Counted from the first letter of the stretch, positions 16,751 to 28,890 are shown. The stretch: DNA of 64,000 nt from Camelus ferus (GCF_009834535.1 NC_045705.1:33356001-33420000), one strand, 5' to 3'. Notes: generated by a model from the sequence alone, not told the origin. Made by a program: numbers and translations.

Positions 16751-18818
16751 CTACGTTAGTATGTCTACCTCTGTTTCTGACTCTGAGGAAGGGTCGGGCC
16801 ATACGGAGGGAATATCCGTGGGCGCAGTCCCCTCTGACGACCAGTCCACCACGTCAATCTCTTCCTCTTCAGGGCTGGCAGGAAGTGGACCCAGCAACTC
16901 AGAGCTGCCAGATACCTCCTTGCCTGCTTCTGGAGCAGGGTGTAATACCTCATCCATAGGTAGGGACACTTCCAGCCCAGTCTCCACCCAGTTTGAACAG
17001 GGAGGTGAGAGGTCCCCATAGGACCTTTGGGGAGGGTCAAGGGAGTCAGTGTGGAGAAGCTTGTCTCTCTGACCATCCAGTGACTGGGAGCTGGTAATTT
17101 CCAGGTCTGGAGACCAAGAGCTTTCCACTGAAAACACCTCCCCTTCACTCGTCTCTGAGGGCATGACAAGGGGGCTCAAGGGTTCAATTGGCTCTTTGTT
17201 CTCAGAGGGCAAGACAAGGGAGCTAAAGGGCTCAATTGGCCCTTTGTTCTCACCAACAGGTTCCTTTTCCAGTCCTGCAAGCTCCCTGGGCCACAGTTCC
17301 ATGTCTGGCAAACACCATTCTTCCCCTTCTATCCAGTTCTTTCCTGTTTCTGTCAGGTGGTAACTAGGGGTTCTGCAGCCCTCAGGCCGGGGACTCTCCA
17401 GAGACCCCATGGGTGGCTCAATGTCTGAACCACAGAGCATGAAGTCCAGGATCTCCTCCAGCTCACTGGTGGCGGCAGCACTGGTGATTCGGTACTCCTC
17501 GGCTTCACAGGGCTGCCCGAGTAGGGCTGTGTCAAACGCATAGGGCTCTCTGCAGTCAACAGCCAGTCCAGGTTCCTTCCCTGCCATCTCTGGGCTGGAC
17601 CCGAACTCAGACTTCACCACTGGGCGGTGTGGGGAGCGGCTAGTAGAGAGCAGGATGTCTTGCAGCCTAGAGCACCCCTGGGGAGCCCTCACACAGGTCT
17701 GTTCTGGCAGGTGACGTTTCCTGCTTGTTAACTGAGGGTGGCTGCATCCCTGGAGGCTCTTCCCAGTCTTCAGGTTCTGGGATCTGAGGGCTATCTTGAG
17801 AGTTTCTGAGGGGAGGCTCCTGCACCACCTCCCAGCAGGTGCCGTTGACAATCTTGCGCAGTTTCACTCTTCCAACCTGCCCCTCTTCTGCAGAAGTCTG
17901 AGTTAGGTGCCCTGACTTCAGGGCTCCGCTTCTTGCTCCCGCTCGTCTTTCCGAGGCCAGATGGGCTTGAGGTGCTCTGCAGAGGACTAGCTCGCTCTGT
18001 TTTCAGCTTGTCCTCTGGCGCTCCTTTCTTTATACTCTTCTGCCGCCAAAGACGCCGGCCAGGGGCTGTGGGCACTGACCTGGGTCCGCTTAAAAGGCTG
18101 GCAGGCTTGGATATACAGACATCAGGAGAGGGCTTTGAGCGACTCAGCCTGATCTTTCTGGGCAACAGCTGCTCATCCACAGAGGGGTACAAGCTGGGTG
18201 GGGAAAGTGCTGTAGGACGAAGGGCAGGATCACTCTTGTTCTCCTTATGTCCCCAGCTGCGGCTTGATGGTGAAGAGCTTTTTTCCTGTGGAGTTGGGCA
18301 GGCTCTGGCCTTCCTCTTGAGCAGAAGAGTGCCAGACAAGTTCTCCACGTTCTGTCGGTTGCTCTTCTCCTGGGACCCCTCTTCCTTCCCCGAGATCTTC
18401 AATCTCACTGTCTCAAAAGAACAGGGAGTTGGGGTAACAGGCAGTGGAGTTCGCAGGCGGGGGCTGGACGCCACCACCCTGGCAGAGATAGGTGTAGCAC
18501 TGGGAGGCTGTAAGCACTCCCGGTTCAGTCTTCGGCCTTCAGGGGCCTTCACCAATTTCCCACCCTCTAGCTGAAGGGATTCGAGCTCAGATACACGGAG
18601 CTGACGAGCAGCAGAAAGCACATCCTGGGCTTCTTCTCGAGATACTTCCATCTCTGAGGTGTACAGGAAGTCCACGAGTTTCCTAAGTGTCCTGATCTTT
18701 AGGCCTCCCAGCTCCAGCACCACCTTCCGACCCTGAGCCGGCCTCTCCCGCTCCAGGCGCTCTGTGAAGAAAGGGCTGCAGGCCGACAGGATGCAGCAAT
18801 GGGCTGGGACTGCCTCAC
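16751..18818 (-). CDS. BTBD18: BTBD18 large last coding exon (frameshifted as assembled)
   Basis: Acceptor CCTCCAG|; covered by ORF-track entries 17791..18834, 17667..17867 and 16751..17851 in three frames. Confidence 0.9.
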
Positions 18819-21566
18819 CTGGAGGGAAACCCAAACACTTTGTTACCTCATGCAGACTGGCATGTTCATGGGTTAAGCAGACATGTGTCTACCTAAATAT
18901 GCTACCCCTCCTCTCAGTTTCCCTCCATGGAAGTATAAATAGAAGGAGAAATGTGTTTCTTCTGCCTGGAACATTCTGCCATTACCTAGTTAATTCAATT
19001 TTTTTAATCCTTCAAAATCTATTTAGACATCACTTCTTTCAGAAGCCCTTCCCCAACCCCATCCCCTGTCCAGGTTAGGTGCTCCCAGGTACAGAGAGGT
19101 ACTCTGTAGCTGTCATAGCGTTCAGCTCTCTGCACTGTAACTGTCCATCTCCTTCACTAAACCAAGCTCTGTGGGGACAGAGACCATGTTTGTCTTGCTC
19201 ACTGAAGTATACCCAGTGCTTGACACAATGTAGGGGATCAAATACTTGCTGAATAAATGTGTTTGACTCACACAAGAGTTTAAAAATTTGCATAGAAGCT
19301 GCTTGTGGTCTAACAGAAAGAGCATGGGCTTCGGATATAGGCAATCAGGATCCAGTTCTCTCCTGAGCTCCATCCTCTGCCTGGTATCCACTCTCCTGAG
19401 CCACCTTCTCGTTTTATGGGCACTTCCTGGGCAATTTCAGTCTCCCCCATGGCTTCAGTTACCAGAGGCTTGCTGATGATTTCCAGATTCTACTTCTGCC
19501 CAGATATCTTTTCTGAGATAGTGACATGCCACAGCCTGCAAGACTACATGGATGTTCCACAAGTACCTCCAACGCAACCTTTCTGGAAAGCGAATGCATC
19601 ATCCCCCACGCTCCAGAACTTACCAATTCTTACTTCAAAATAAGCTATCACATTCGCCCAGTTGCCCAAGACTGAAAACTAGAAGTCATCTTTGATTCTT
19701 CCTTCTCTCCTACCTACTCCATCTAATCAAACATTAACTTAAAAATAAAAGCTAATATTTCTTGAGTATTATGTGCCAAGCACCTGGGGATTTTAGCAAT
19801 ATTAATCCATTTAATCTTCCCTGCAGCCCTCTGAGGTAGCTCTTGTTACCACAGAGGAGACTGGCGTGGTGAGCTCACATGCCCACGGTCACAGGGACAA
19901 GATCGCAGCCCAGCTACAGTCTGTACTGCTCTTAACTGCACCAGGCTTTGTAAATGCTCTTTAACAGCTCATAAGCCATTCATTTCTGTCTACTCTCAAT
20001 GCCTTGTTCAATCTAAACTCTCTTCTGGATTCCAAAACAGCCTCATATCTGGTTCAGTAATAATCTAGTAACTCTCACTGCAGCCCAACTGCTGTTTCTA
20101 AAGCAGTTATCATGACTTTCTTTTTAAAACCTTTAAATATATGTCTCAGTGTTCTGAGGACAAGACCAACTTCAGACCTTACACTGCTGCTAATTTCTCC
20201 AGCCATATCCCCAATCAATACACTTATAGTCTGTGCTCTAGTCATAATGAACCACTCATGAATCCCTGGTCACATCTCTAAGTTTCTGTACATAGTGTTT
20301 TCTCTGTCTGGGAATATCTTTCCCCACTTCTTCCTACTTCTGTTTGTCCTTCAGAATTTACCTAAGGGGTTAGTTCCTCCAAGAAATTCTCCCTAATCCC
20401 CATCCCCCAACCTCCTCAATTCTGTGAAAGATGCTCCTCTTTTGTGCTCCGTTATCAGCCTATACTTACCCCAATGTGTTACTTATTATACTGCCCAGTT
20501 ATCTGAATGCACTGGTTATTTGTCTCTCCCTTACATGGTTTCCTTATAAGGAAGGACTACCTTCGTATCTATGTACAGTATACTAGCATATACCAGGCAA
20601 CTAATATTTTTTAAAATTTATTTTGAATTAAGGATTGAATTCCAACTCTGCACTTACTAAGAGAACCAACAGGCAAGTCACTTAACTGTGGGCCTCAGTT
20701 CACTTGTGTAGAACTGGAACTATATGACATTACGTCTCTCATAAGGCTGTTACAAGAATCAAAGGAGATACTATACTAATTATATTCTGCAAACTGTAGA
20801 GTGCTGCACAATGTTGGTTTCATACTCCTTTCTGATAAATGAAGAAAGTGAGCTGGAGAGGGATGAAGTTACTTGCCCATTTGTGACTTTGTTACTAATA
20901 AAACTAGGACTTAAACTCTGACTCCTAGTCTTGGGCCTTTTACACTATACCAAGCTGTACCCTAAGCTGATTTAACATTTCAAGTGTAAAGGAAGGGGTG
21001 GGAAACAAGCTATATATTTGTAGGTTTAACAACAACAAAAGCCATCAATTTGGAGAAAAGTAAAAAACTTAAAACAGCTTGGGAAGAAAATATGTAACAG
21101 TATCATCTAATACTGACATTGTGCTTAGAACGTTAAAAGTACTGTTTTTAAGTGCTTTGCACACATTAACACAATCTTCACTACGGTATTATCCACATTT
21201 TATAGAATTCCTATGCTTACAAAACCTTACAATTGGTTTCATTTTTTAAGAGAAAGAGCATAGTGTCATTTTCACTCTTGAAAAATCTAATTGTCCCAGA
21301 AATAGCTCTTTACCAATTAGTTTACAGCACTCAAAGGCAATAATTACACATTTTACTGGCTTTGTCCTTCACTGTTGAGACCTAAAATCATTTTATCTTA
21401 ATCCATGGTGAGTTTTCAACTGAGTCCCCAATAGTGTCTTACCTTCTGCCTGCAGAAGGACATCACAGAACACACCACTCTGTTGCTGGTGATGAAGCTG
21501 CAGAAAAGCTAACCGGAGGAACCGGGGATTCCTGTATAGGATTTTGGTACTGGCAGGCGAGCACAT
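16751..21566 (-). CDS. BTBD18: BTB/POZ domain-containing protein 18; join(21443..21566, 16751..18818), with two apparent +1 frameshifts (~17894-17895 and ~17675-17679); ~729 aa if corrected
   Basis: MCSPASTKILYRNPRFLRLAFLQLHHQQQSGVFCDVLLQAEG|EAVPAHCCILSACSPFF (BTB domain)...EEEEIDVVDW...ETEVDILT*. Orthologous peptide moves across three frames between ~17900 and ~17670. Confidence 0.9.
17156..17251 (-). repeat. BTBD18: 48-bp in-frame tandem duplication within the BTBD18 CDS (42/48 identical)
   Basis: ENKGPIEPFSSLVLPS / ENKEPIEPLSPLVMPS. Confidence 0.9.
21443..21566 (-). CDS. BTBD18: BTBD18 first coding exon (124 nt coding; exon acceptor at 21609)
   Basis: ATG at 21566; donor AAG|GTAAGA; not in the ORF track because it is short. 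Confidence 0.93.
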
Positions 21567-22899
21567 GTTGATCTCTTAACAAACTTCTAGGTTTTCATGG
21601 ATCAGATTCCTGTGGGTGAGATAATACATTTCAGATATATGGTTATACCTAGTTTGATTTTTGTCTTTAAAATGGCAGGGAAATTTTGAAAGTGGGAGCC
21701 AACAGCATGAACTAAGGAACCATAAACCCAGAAATTGTGCCAAGGGTGTCTTATGGAAGAATATCCTAGTGGTTACATATGGGGGTTCAGAGATAGACTA
21801 GATTTCCATCTCAGCTGTGTTGTTTATTGGCCTACCTGTATAATTTCAGGCAAATGACCTAACATCTCTGGGCCTTACTTTTCTCATCTAGGATATGGGA
21901 ACTGTAACAGTCCTTACCTTGTAGGACTGTTTTAAAGATTTAATGAGTCAACAGAGGTAAAATTACTTACCACTGTGAGTGCCTGGCACAAAATTAGCCC
22001 TCCAAAAATGGAGCTGTTATCCTTAAACCTTCCTCATTCACATTATCACTAAGACTCAACTCCTACAGTGCTGACTACTCATACTCTTCCTGAGCACCAC
22101 ATTTCAGAGTTTGAAGGGTATACTCCCCAATTTAACACATTTTAACCAAACAATATTGAGTATAAAATGATCTCTAGGAAGTCGTACACACCTTTTCTCT
22201 GAGCTCACTCTATCACACTAACCAGCAGAGGGTGCACAGTAAAGAAAAGAAGCTGCTGAACTTGGTAGGAAGGTCTCTCACAGAAATAATATTGCCACCC
22301 TTGGTTCAGATTTCTTGACCAAAGTGAGCCTGATTCTGCCTGAAAACTGGCAAAGAATTTGACCTTTAGGTCTGTCAATCTGGTTAATTACCTGGCTAAC
22401 AATGAAGCGAGGTTAATTAAGGTGGGTATTCTGACTTCGGGCTTACTATGTTTCCAGCTTTCTGCACTGAGATGCCCACACTCCCTGCACAGCTGGTGTT
22501 CCTTTCCTGGCATGCAGTTTTCTGTCAGGTGGCACCGAGGATCCAAATAGTGCACATCAAATTATCAGGAAAGAACAGAATGGAAAGGTAAATTCAGAAA
22601 CTGTAAACTCAATTCCATCCCAGCCAGAGAGATGGGATGGAGGACGGCAGCTGTTGCAAGGGCCCAAACTGAGGCGCGGGGGTAGGGGGGAGAAGCTTCC
22701 CAATCCACCAGCAATGTGCCTTGCCCCCAGACCCAACCTGGAATAGCTCTGCGGGAGGGGATGCTCCTGCTCGCCTTTCTGTGCTTGGGTCCTCTGTCCA
22801 GCCTGCCTTGCTTCCTCCCAAAGTCCAGCCTTGGGCAGGGAGGCTGAACAAAGCAGCACGACATCCTGAGGGTTCCTCTCCCCGTCCAGAACCAAGGTA

Positions 22900-23650
22900 A
22901 TGGGGTTTGGCAGGGACAGCAGGACTTCAAGGAAGGTCCTGCAAAGCTGGGCGCCCGGCATGCTCCGGCAGACGGGGGCCCAACTCCTTAGAAGAGAGAC
23001 CTCTGGGCGCAAGGGTTTCTGGGAATGGAGTGTGGGGATCCCCAAAGCCCGATTTCAAGGCTCACCCTCACCGTCACCTCCGGCCGCACGGGCTTTGTAG
23101 CCACTCTCTGGTGCCCTCGTCCCGCCGCGGGCCCCGGCCCCCTCATGCACTGGGAGGTGGTGACAGCGAGGGCCTGAGGCCACGCGACCCGCGCCACACA
23201 CCTCGCGCCGCCGTCCTCGCGCACGGTGCGTCGCGGGGGCCCGACGTCCCTCCTCCCCCCTCCAGCCCTCGGGCTTACGTCAGCCAGAATACATCATCCC
23301 CATTGGCCGAGGCTCCTCGGAGAGCCAATCACAGGAGGAGGAGCGTTTGAGCGGGAGGCTAAGTCTCGAGGGACTTGAGGGCGGAGGGAAGGCCGTCGAG
23401 ATGCCTGAGGAAGGCGGGAAGGGCCCACTTGGGAGGAATTCTTCTGGAAGCCGTCTTCACCTTCGGCACCTGATGAAAACACACCCCAGAGAGGCTCAGG
23501 ACTACCAGTAGCGAAGGCTCCTCGGTGGCGGAAGGACACCTCTGGCTTCCCTTTGACGAGGCCGCGGATGGCTGGCCACTGCCAAGAGCGCAACAGGTTG
23601 AGTGGAGGAGTAGGCCTCTGGATGTCTCTATTGCACCTTGTCCGCCATGT
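22900..23650. promoter_or_regulatory. CpG island, probable BTBD18 promoter and distal CTNND1 promoter
   Basis: High CpG/GC; ATTGG ~23302, CCAAT ~23325, GC box ~23378; lies between the divergent BTBD18 and CTNND1. Confidence 0.65.
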
Positions 23651-24415
23651 TTCTAGTCTAGATGTCTGCTAACGCCAGGAATGTTCTGGAACAAGGTCCT
23701 TGGGCTAGTTTCTAATTCAAGTTTTTCTCAGATTCCACTCCAGCCCCAAATCTCCGAGACCTGGTGACCAAGGAGGTCACCAGAACTTTACGTCTGGAGC
23801 GGTCTCCGGTGTTGGTTCCTTTAGCACAATTCCTGACGGGAAATAGCTGTTTTCAGTGATGATATCAAAACTTAAATGATCTCAAGTTTAAACATTTAGA
23901 GAGAATGCCAAGTCCCCGTTAAAAAATGCGGACAGCAGTTATTTTCCTTGTGCACATTGGGACCCAGGTCCCAGCTTCAGGTGGATGTCCCGTGATGTCC
24001 AGCTCTGGACCGCGCCGGCCGAATCCACCGCCACCGGGGACAGAATGTGGTGAATTAACACGGAGCAGCCCCCGCTGAGGCCAGCTGGAGGCGGAAAGGA
24101 CGATGCCTAAGAGAAGGGAAACCTGCAAATGGACAAAACGCAGAGGGGTGAGTAGTAGAGAGCGTGCAATTCTACCTTTATTGAGCTCTTACACCTTTTC
24201 AGAAAGGATTTGATGTGATTGAAATATGCGGGTGGGGTGGGGTGGATTTTCAAGTCAGGTAATAGTTTCCCTGGTTTGAGGCCTCTGCTCTTAAGATGGA
24301 AGAGGAACAAGGAACAGAGGACATTTTTTGGTTGCCGTTCTCATATTTTGAAGAGGAAGCAATTCGTGAAAGGACATAAATCTTAGCAGGAGGACCGATT
24401 TTAGATGTTGTCAGC

Positions 24416-24418
<3 letters not shown>

Positions 24419-24462
<44 letters not shown>
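24419..24462 (+). repeat. (AC)22 microsatellite
   Basis: Seen directly. Confidence 0.97.
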
Positions 24463-24464
<2 letters not shown>

Positions 24465-24843
24465 AAGCCAGCACGCAAGGAAAAAAAAGGCAGAACATTA
24501 CTTGTTCGTGTCATCCATGACTGGAATCAAGACTTGATTAGGCAGATCCAGTAACACTTTAGGTGATTCTGTGGAGTTGTGAAGAAATATATCCCATCTT
24601 GAATATATTGTTATCAAGATTAGATTAATTTTCAAGAAGTAGTGAGGATTCATTTTTTAAAAAAATCCATTTTAGTTAAATCTTGTGTTTAGTTAAATCC
24701 CTTTTCTAAAGGGGAATGATAAAGGGCCATCCTACCCAGGGCTTCAAAAATGACAGACTTTGGATGGTAATGTGTAGCCACCACAAGGTAGAAAGGAATA
24801 AAAATACTTTGTTTTTCTTTGTATGGATAGCCAGGAGTTTGGT

Positions 24844-24874
<31 letters not shown>

Positions 24875-25794
24875 GATTTTAAGAATTTATTCTTGGCACT
24901 CATAGTTTTAGTTTCTCTTAGAAGTAGAGTCATTGCAGCACAGTGCGCTGCCCTGTATAGTCATTTTAACGTTTCTTTTTAAAATACAATTTTATTTCAC
25001 AACTCTTTCTTAATCTTTCACCATTTTATGATACTTTGTTTTTCTGTGTGTAAGTGGTGATGGTTGTGGGTGGAGAAGTTAAACTTTAAGAGTTGTAAAA
25101 TCGAGCACTTAATGCAATATTCCATGCGTTAAAAACAAACAAGCCAGAAACAACAAAAAGAGAAGAAAAGGAAAGAAAAAAAAAAACCCAAATAGAAAAT
25201 AACTCTATCTCTGAACACATCCTCAATTCATTGACTTCTCTCCATTTTTACTGCTACCACCATAGTCAACTCTGTATCACGGCAACTTGACCTTCAAACT
25301 AATTTCCTTGCTTTCAGTGTTGCCCCCACTTTAATCCCTTTGTCACATAAGCAGCCAGATCTCTTCAAAATGTGGGTTGGATTATGTCATCGTGCTGTTC
25401 AAAATCCCCACAGGCTTTCTTCTACCTAAGAATAAAGTTAAAAACTCCTTTCTATAATTTATAGAACCCTTCATATTCTGATTCTTGCCTATCCCTTCCT
25501 CCTCATTTCCAACATGCTCTGCTGGGTCCAGTATGTTTCAGCCCCTACACTTCAGTGCTTTGACATTGGTAGTTACCATTACTCGTATATTCTCATGGTT
25601 GGCTGCTTCTTACCATTCAGATTTCAGTTTAAATGTCACCTCTCCAGAGTTTGTTTCTGACATCCAATTTAGAACAAGCTACAAGTCATCTCATCAGTCT
25701 GTTTTAACCTCTGCATAGTCCTCCACCTCACATCATATTTGTTAATCTTCTTCCCCCAGCCCCTGCCCCACCCCAACTAGAATGTAAACTTCTT

Positions 25795-25954
25795 TTTTTT
25801 TTTTAACATTTTTTATTGATTTATAATCATTTTACAATGTTGTGTCAAATTCCAGTGTTCAGCACAATTTTTCAGTTATTCATGGACATATACACACTCA
25901 TTGTCACATTTTTTTCTCTGTGAGTTATCATAACATTTTGTGTATATTTCCCTG
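25795..25954 (-). mobile_element. Young 5'-truncated L1 3' end (camelid type) inserted in an L2
   Basis: PolyT head; perfect 15-bp TSD GAATGTAAACTTCTT (25780-94 and 25955-69). Confidence 0.85.
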
Positions 25955-26984
25955 GAATGTAAACTTCTTGAGAGCAGGAAACTTGTCTATCTCATTATCC
26001 TTGATATCTAGACGAGTACATGGCTCACAGTAAGTGCTCAAAATAACCCAAGAGTAACTAGTCTTTTTATTTTCTATTCACTAAGTATAAACAGCTTTTC
26101 CCTTAGTGAATATTAATCCTTGTGATGCTCTATTTGGAGGTAGCTATTTCAGATAAATTTAAAATTTATCAACTTTTCCACCACTGAGTTAACTTTTTGA
26201 TTTGTGTATAATTTTATTCTAAATGTTACCTACAGATGCATTAATGTTAAATAACTTGTCCAGGATTACATAACTAGTAAGTCAACAGACTTCATTCATT
26301 CATTCATCTGTGGCTAAATATGAGATACAAGGGTGAGCTCTGGGGATACACCATGAACTGGAAAGACATTTAATGCCTTCATAGAGCTTATCTTTTGGTG
26401 GGGAGACAGGGAAACACACACGAAAAACGAAGGCAAAATCAGGATTTTCTGGAGTATGGCTCTGATCTAGGGACCAGTGAATCAACAAACATTTCTTGTG
26501 CTGATTGTTTTCCTTTGAAAATCATCTTTGGCTTTTAAATGTACTGTGTAGGACTAGGAGTAAATGGAAAGTAGAGTTAGAAGATGTGATAAGGTAGTAG
26601 GAAAATATTCTTAGATAATGAGCGTTGAAGGCTGTTTGTTTCTCTGTTAAATGTACTCATTTCCCATTCTAGTTTGTTTAAAGCCCATCAGACAAGTGCT
26701 GTGATGTCTGTTTGGTCTTCCAGGACTTCTGAGAGAAGTCCTTTTCAGCCACATTAGACCAAATATGAGGAGGGTCGATGAGACTGCAGACCAAATAGGA
26801 GAGGGTGGATGTTGATCAGATAACCTGATTAGAAGGGTACTTTCTTGCTGAAGACGAGTGGAATTCCAGTTTAGATAGATAAGGAAAGGTCAGGTTATGG
26901 TGACTAAGTGTTACTTTAATGTATTTCATGAATAAATAGGGTACCTTGAACACAATCGAAGGAACTTGGCCTTTATCCTGACTG

Positions 26985-27510
26985 CAGTGTAAGGTAATGG
27001 AAAGGGCATGGGCTTTGGAGTCAGACTGATGACGGGTTCACTTCTTAGCCAGATGAGCTCAGGCAAGTTTCTTAACCTTGAGGAGCCTTGATTTTCTCAC
27101 CTGTAAAATGGTGGTAATACTATCTCCATGGTGATGTTTTAGAAGTTAGAAATAATGAGTGAAAGTCCCTCACGTCATAAATGCTTCATCGTTGATTGCT
27201 GTTATTGGGCAATGGTAAGCCACTGAAAGTTTTTGGTCAGGGTAGGTATTGATAATAATATTCATTCTTACTGAGTTTATTACTATATGTCATGCATTGT
27301 TTAAAGAACTTCATGTGTATTTTAATTCTTACAACAGTCCTGTGAGAGAGAGAGTTATTATCTCCATTTTATAGTTAAGAAACCGAGTCAGAGAGATTAT
27401 GTAACTTCCAAGGCCACACAGTGTATAATACATTCACTTGAGTAAGTACAGAGGAGGAAGGTTTGAGCCAGTCTGACTGCAGAACCTATGCTCTTAACCA
27501 CTATTTTAGA
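26985..27510. mobile_element. Two opposed MIR SINEs (other MIRs at ~6765-6860, ~10240-10370, ~12110-12460, ~21760-22020, ~33590-33840, ~45975-46205, ~47003-47190, ~63420-63615)
   Basis: MIR core motifs GGCTTTGGAGTCAGAC, GGCAAGT..CTTAACC, CTGTAAAATGG; approximate boundaries. Confidence 0.65.
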
Positions 27511-28249
27511 TTATAAAAACTTTATGAAGATTCATTTGGCAGCAGTCTGCAGGATAGACTTTAGATTTTTCAGTAAAAAATAAAAAGGAAATTTTCAGGT
27601 CATCATTATCATTTTCATATAATCATTGAATGACCATAAAATACTAGTCTCTGTCAAGCATGTGTAAAAAAAAAATCCAGTCTCTGTCCTTCATGGCCAA
27701 ACAGTCTAAGCACATACTGAAGATAAGTCAGAAAAAGAATACCTGTTATAATTCTTTATTTAGGTCAAGCGTGAAAGGAGAATGTACGGACTACATTGTC
27801 TTAACCTTGAAGTTCACAAAGAAGTTGAATTTTCTAGGTGAGACTTTCTTTTCCTTATATGTACTGTTTATCTCCTCTAAAACTATTGCTTGTTTATTGG
27901 ATATCATTTATTCTCCCCCTCAAACCCACATTATTTTGATTTGGGGACAAATGGGAAGACAGTGATTTTCCTCATCAGCCAAGTGGATACAGCTTCCTTC
28001 TAGGTGGAAGTATAGATGCCAAAAACTGCATTAATTTTTTCTAGTTAGCTCTAATGCATTTAAACCAAAATAATGAAATTGAGAGTTTACCTCAGATATA
28101 CCCTACCATTCTATCAACACGTTGTAGTTCTGTTTCTAGCATTTCTCTCTCCTTCCCTTCCTGTCTTTGGGAAAATGCTTTGGGGTGGAAAGCAACAAAC
28201 CAAATAGCAGCAGGCAAATAAAACCAGCTCTTTTCTGTTTCCCCACCCT

Positions 28250-28547
28250 GAAAGGAAGGAGGGTGCAAGAACCCTATCGTCAAAGAGAACCAAGGCACTT
28301 AGGCGTGCCATTCTAAAAAGCCCCTGTCCCTTCAGCGTCCCCCTTCCCCCCGAGCTCTGCAGTAATTCCTCAGAGATTGTATATTCTCCACTTTAAATAT
28401 ATATATAAAACATCCCCTTCTCTCTTTTACTCCTCCTCTCACTGTCTCTCTTTTTTTTAATTTCCTATAATGAAGCTTCCTATTGGATAAAATCAGCTCC
28501 CTGATTTATGCCTGGCTCCTATTGGAAGTTCTCAGGGGCTGACATCA
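28250..28547 (+). promoter_or_regulatory. CTNND1: CTNND1 main promoter
   Basis: TCCTATTGGA twice (ATTGG 28482, 28521) and TGACATCA at 28540-47, immediately before the gap holding most of exon 1. Confidence 0.6.
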
Positions 28548-28804
28548 NNNNNNNNNNNNNNNNNNNNNNNNNNNNNNNNNNNNNNNNNNNNNNNNNNNNN
28601 NNNNNNNNNNNNNNNNNNNNNNNNNNNNNNNNNNNNNNNNNNNNNNNNNNNNNNNNNNNNNNNNNNNNNNNNNNNNNNNNNNNNNNNNNNNNNNNNNNNN
28701 NNNNNNNNNNNNNNNNNNNNNNNNNNNNNNNNNNNNNNNNNNNNNNNNNNNNNNNNNNNNNNNNNNNNNNNNNNNNNNNNNNNNNNNNNNNNNNNNNNNN
28801 NNNN

Positions 28805-28890
28805 GTCCACATTTAAGGTGTGTGCCTTTTAAAAAAATATGTGTACAGACGGGTGAAGGAGGATAAGCCAAGTCGAATTATTATCTTACG
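28805..28890 (+). other. CTNND1: CTNND1 non-coding exon 1, visible 3' part (5' part in gap 28548..28804)
   Basis: Resembles the CTNND1 leader as recalled (...GGATAAGCCAAGTCGAATT..TCTTACG); donor ACG|GTAACC. Confidence 0.8.

Noticed and set aside
17933-18574. 213-aa plus-strand ORF antisense to BTBD18
   Set aside because: Starts at TTG, lies exactly opposite a coding exon and has no recognisable domain; antisense shadow.
22557-23593. Cluster of 78-162-aa ORFs in the BTBD18/CTNND1 island
   Set aside because: No recognisable product; low-complexity GC-rich composition.
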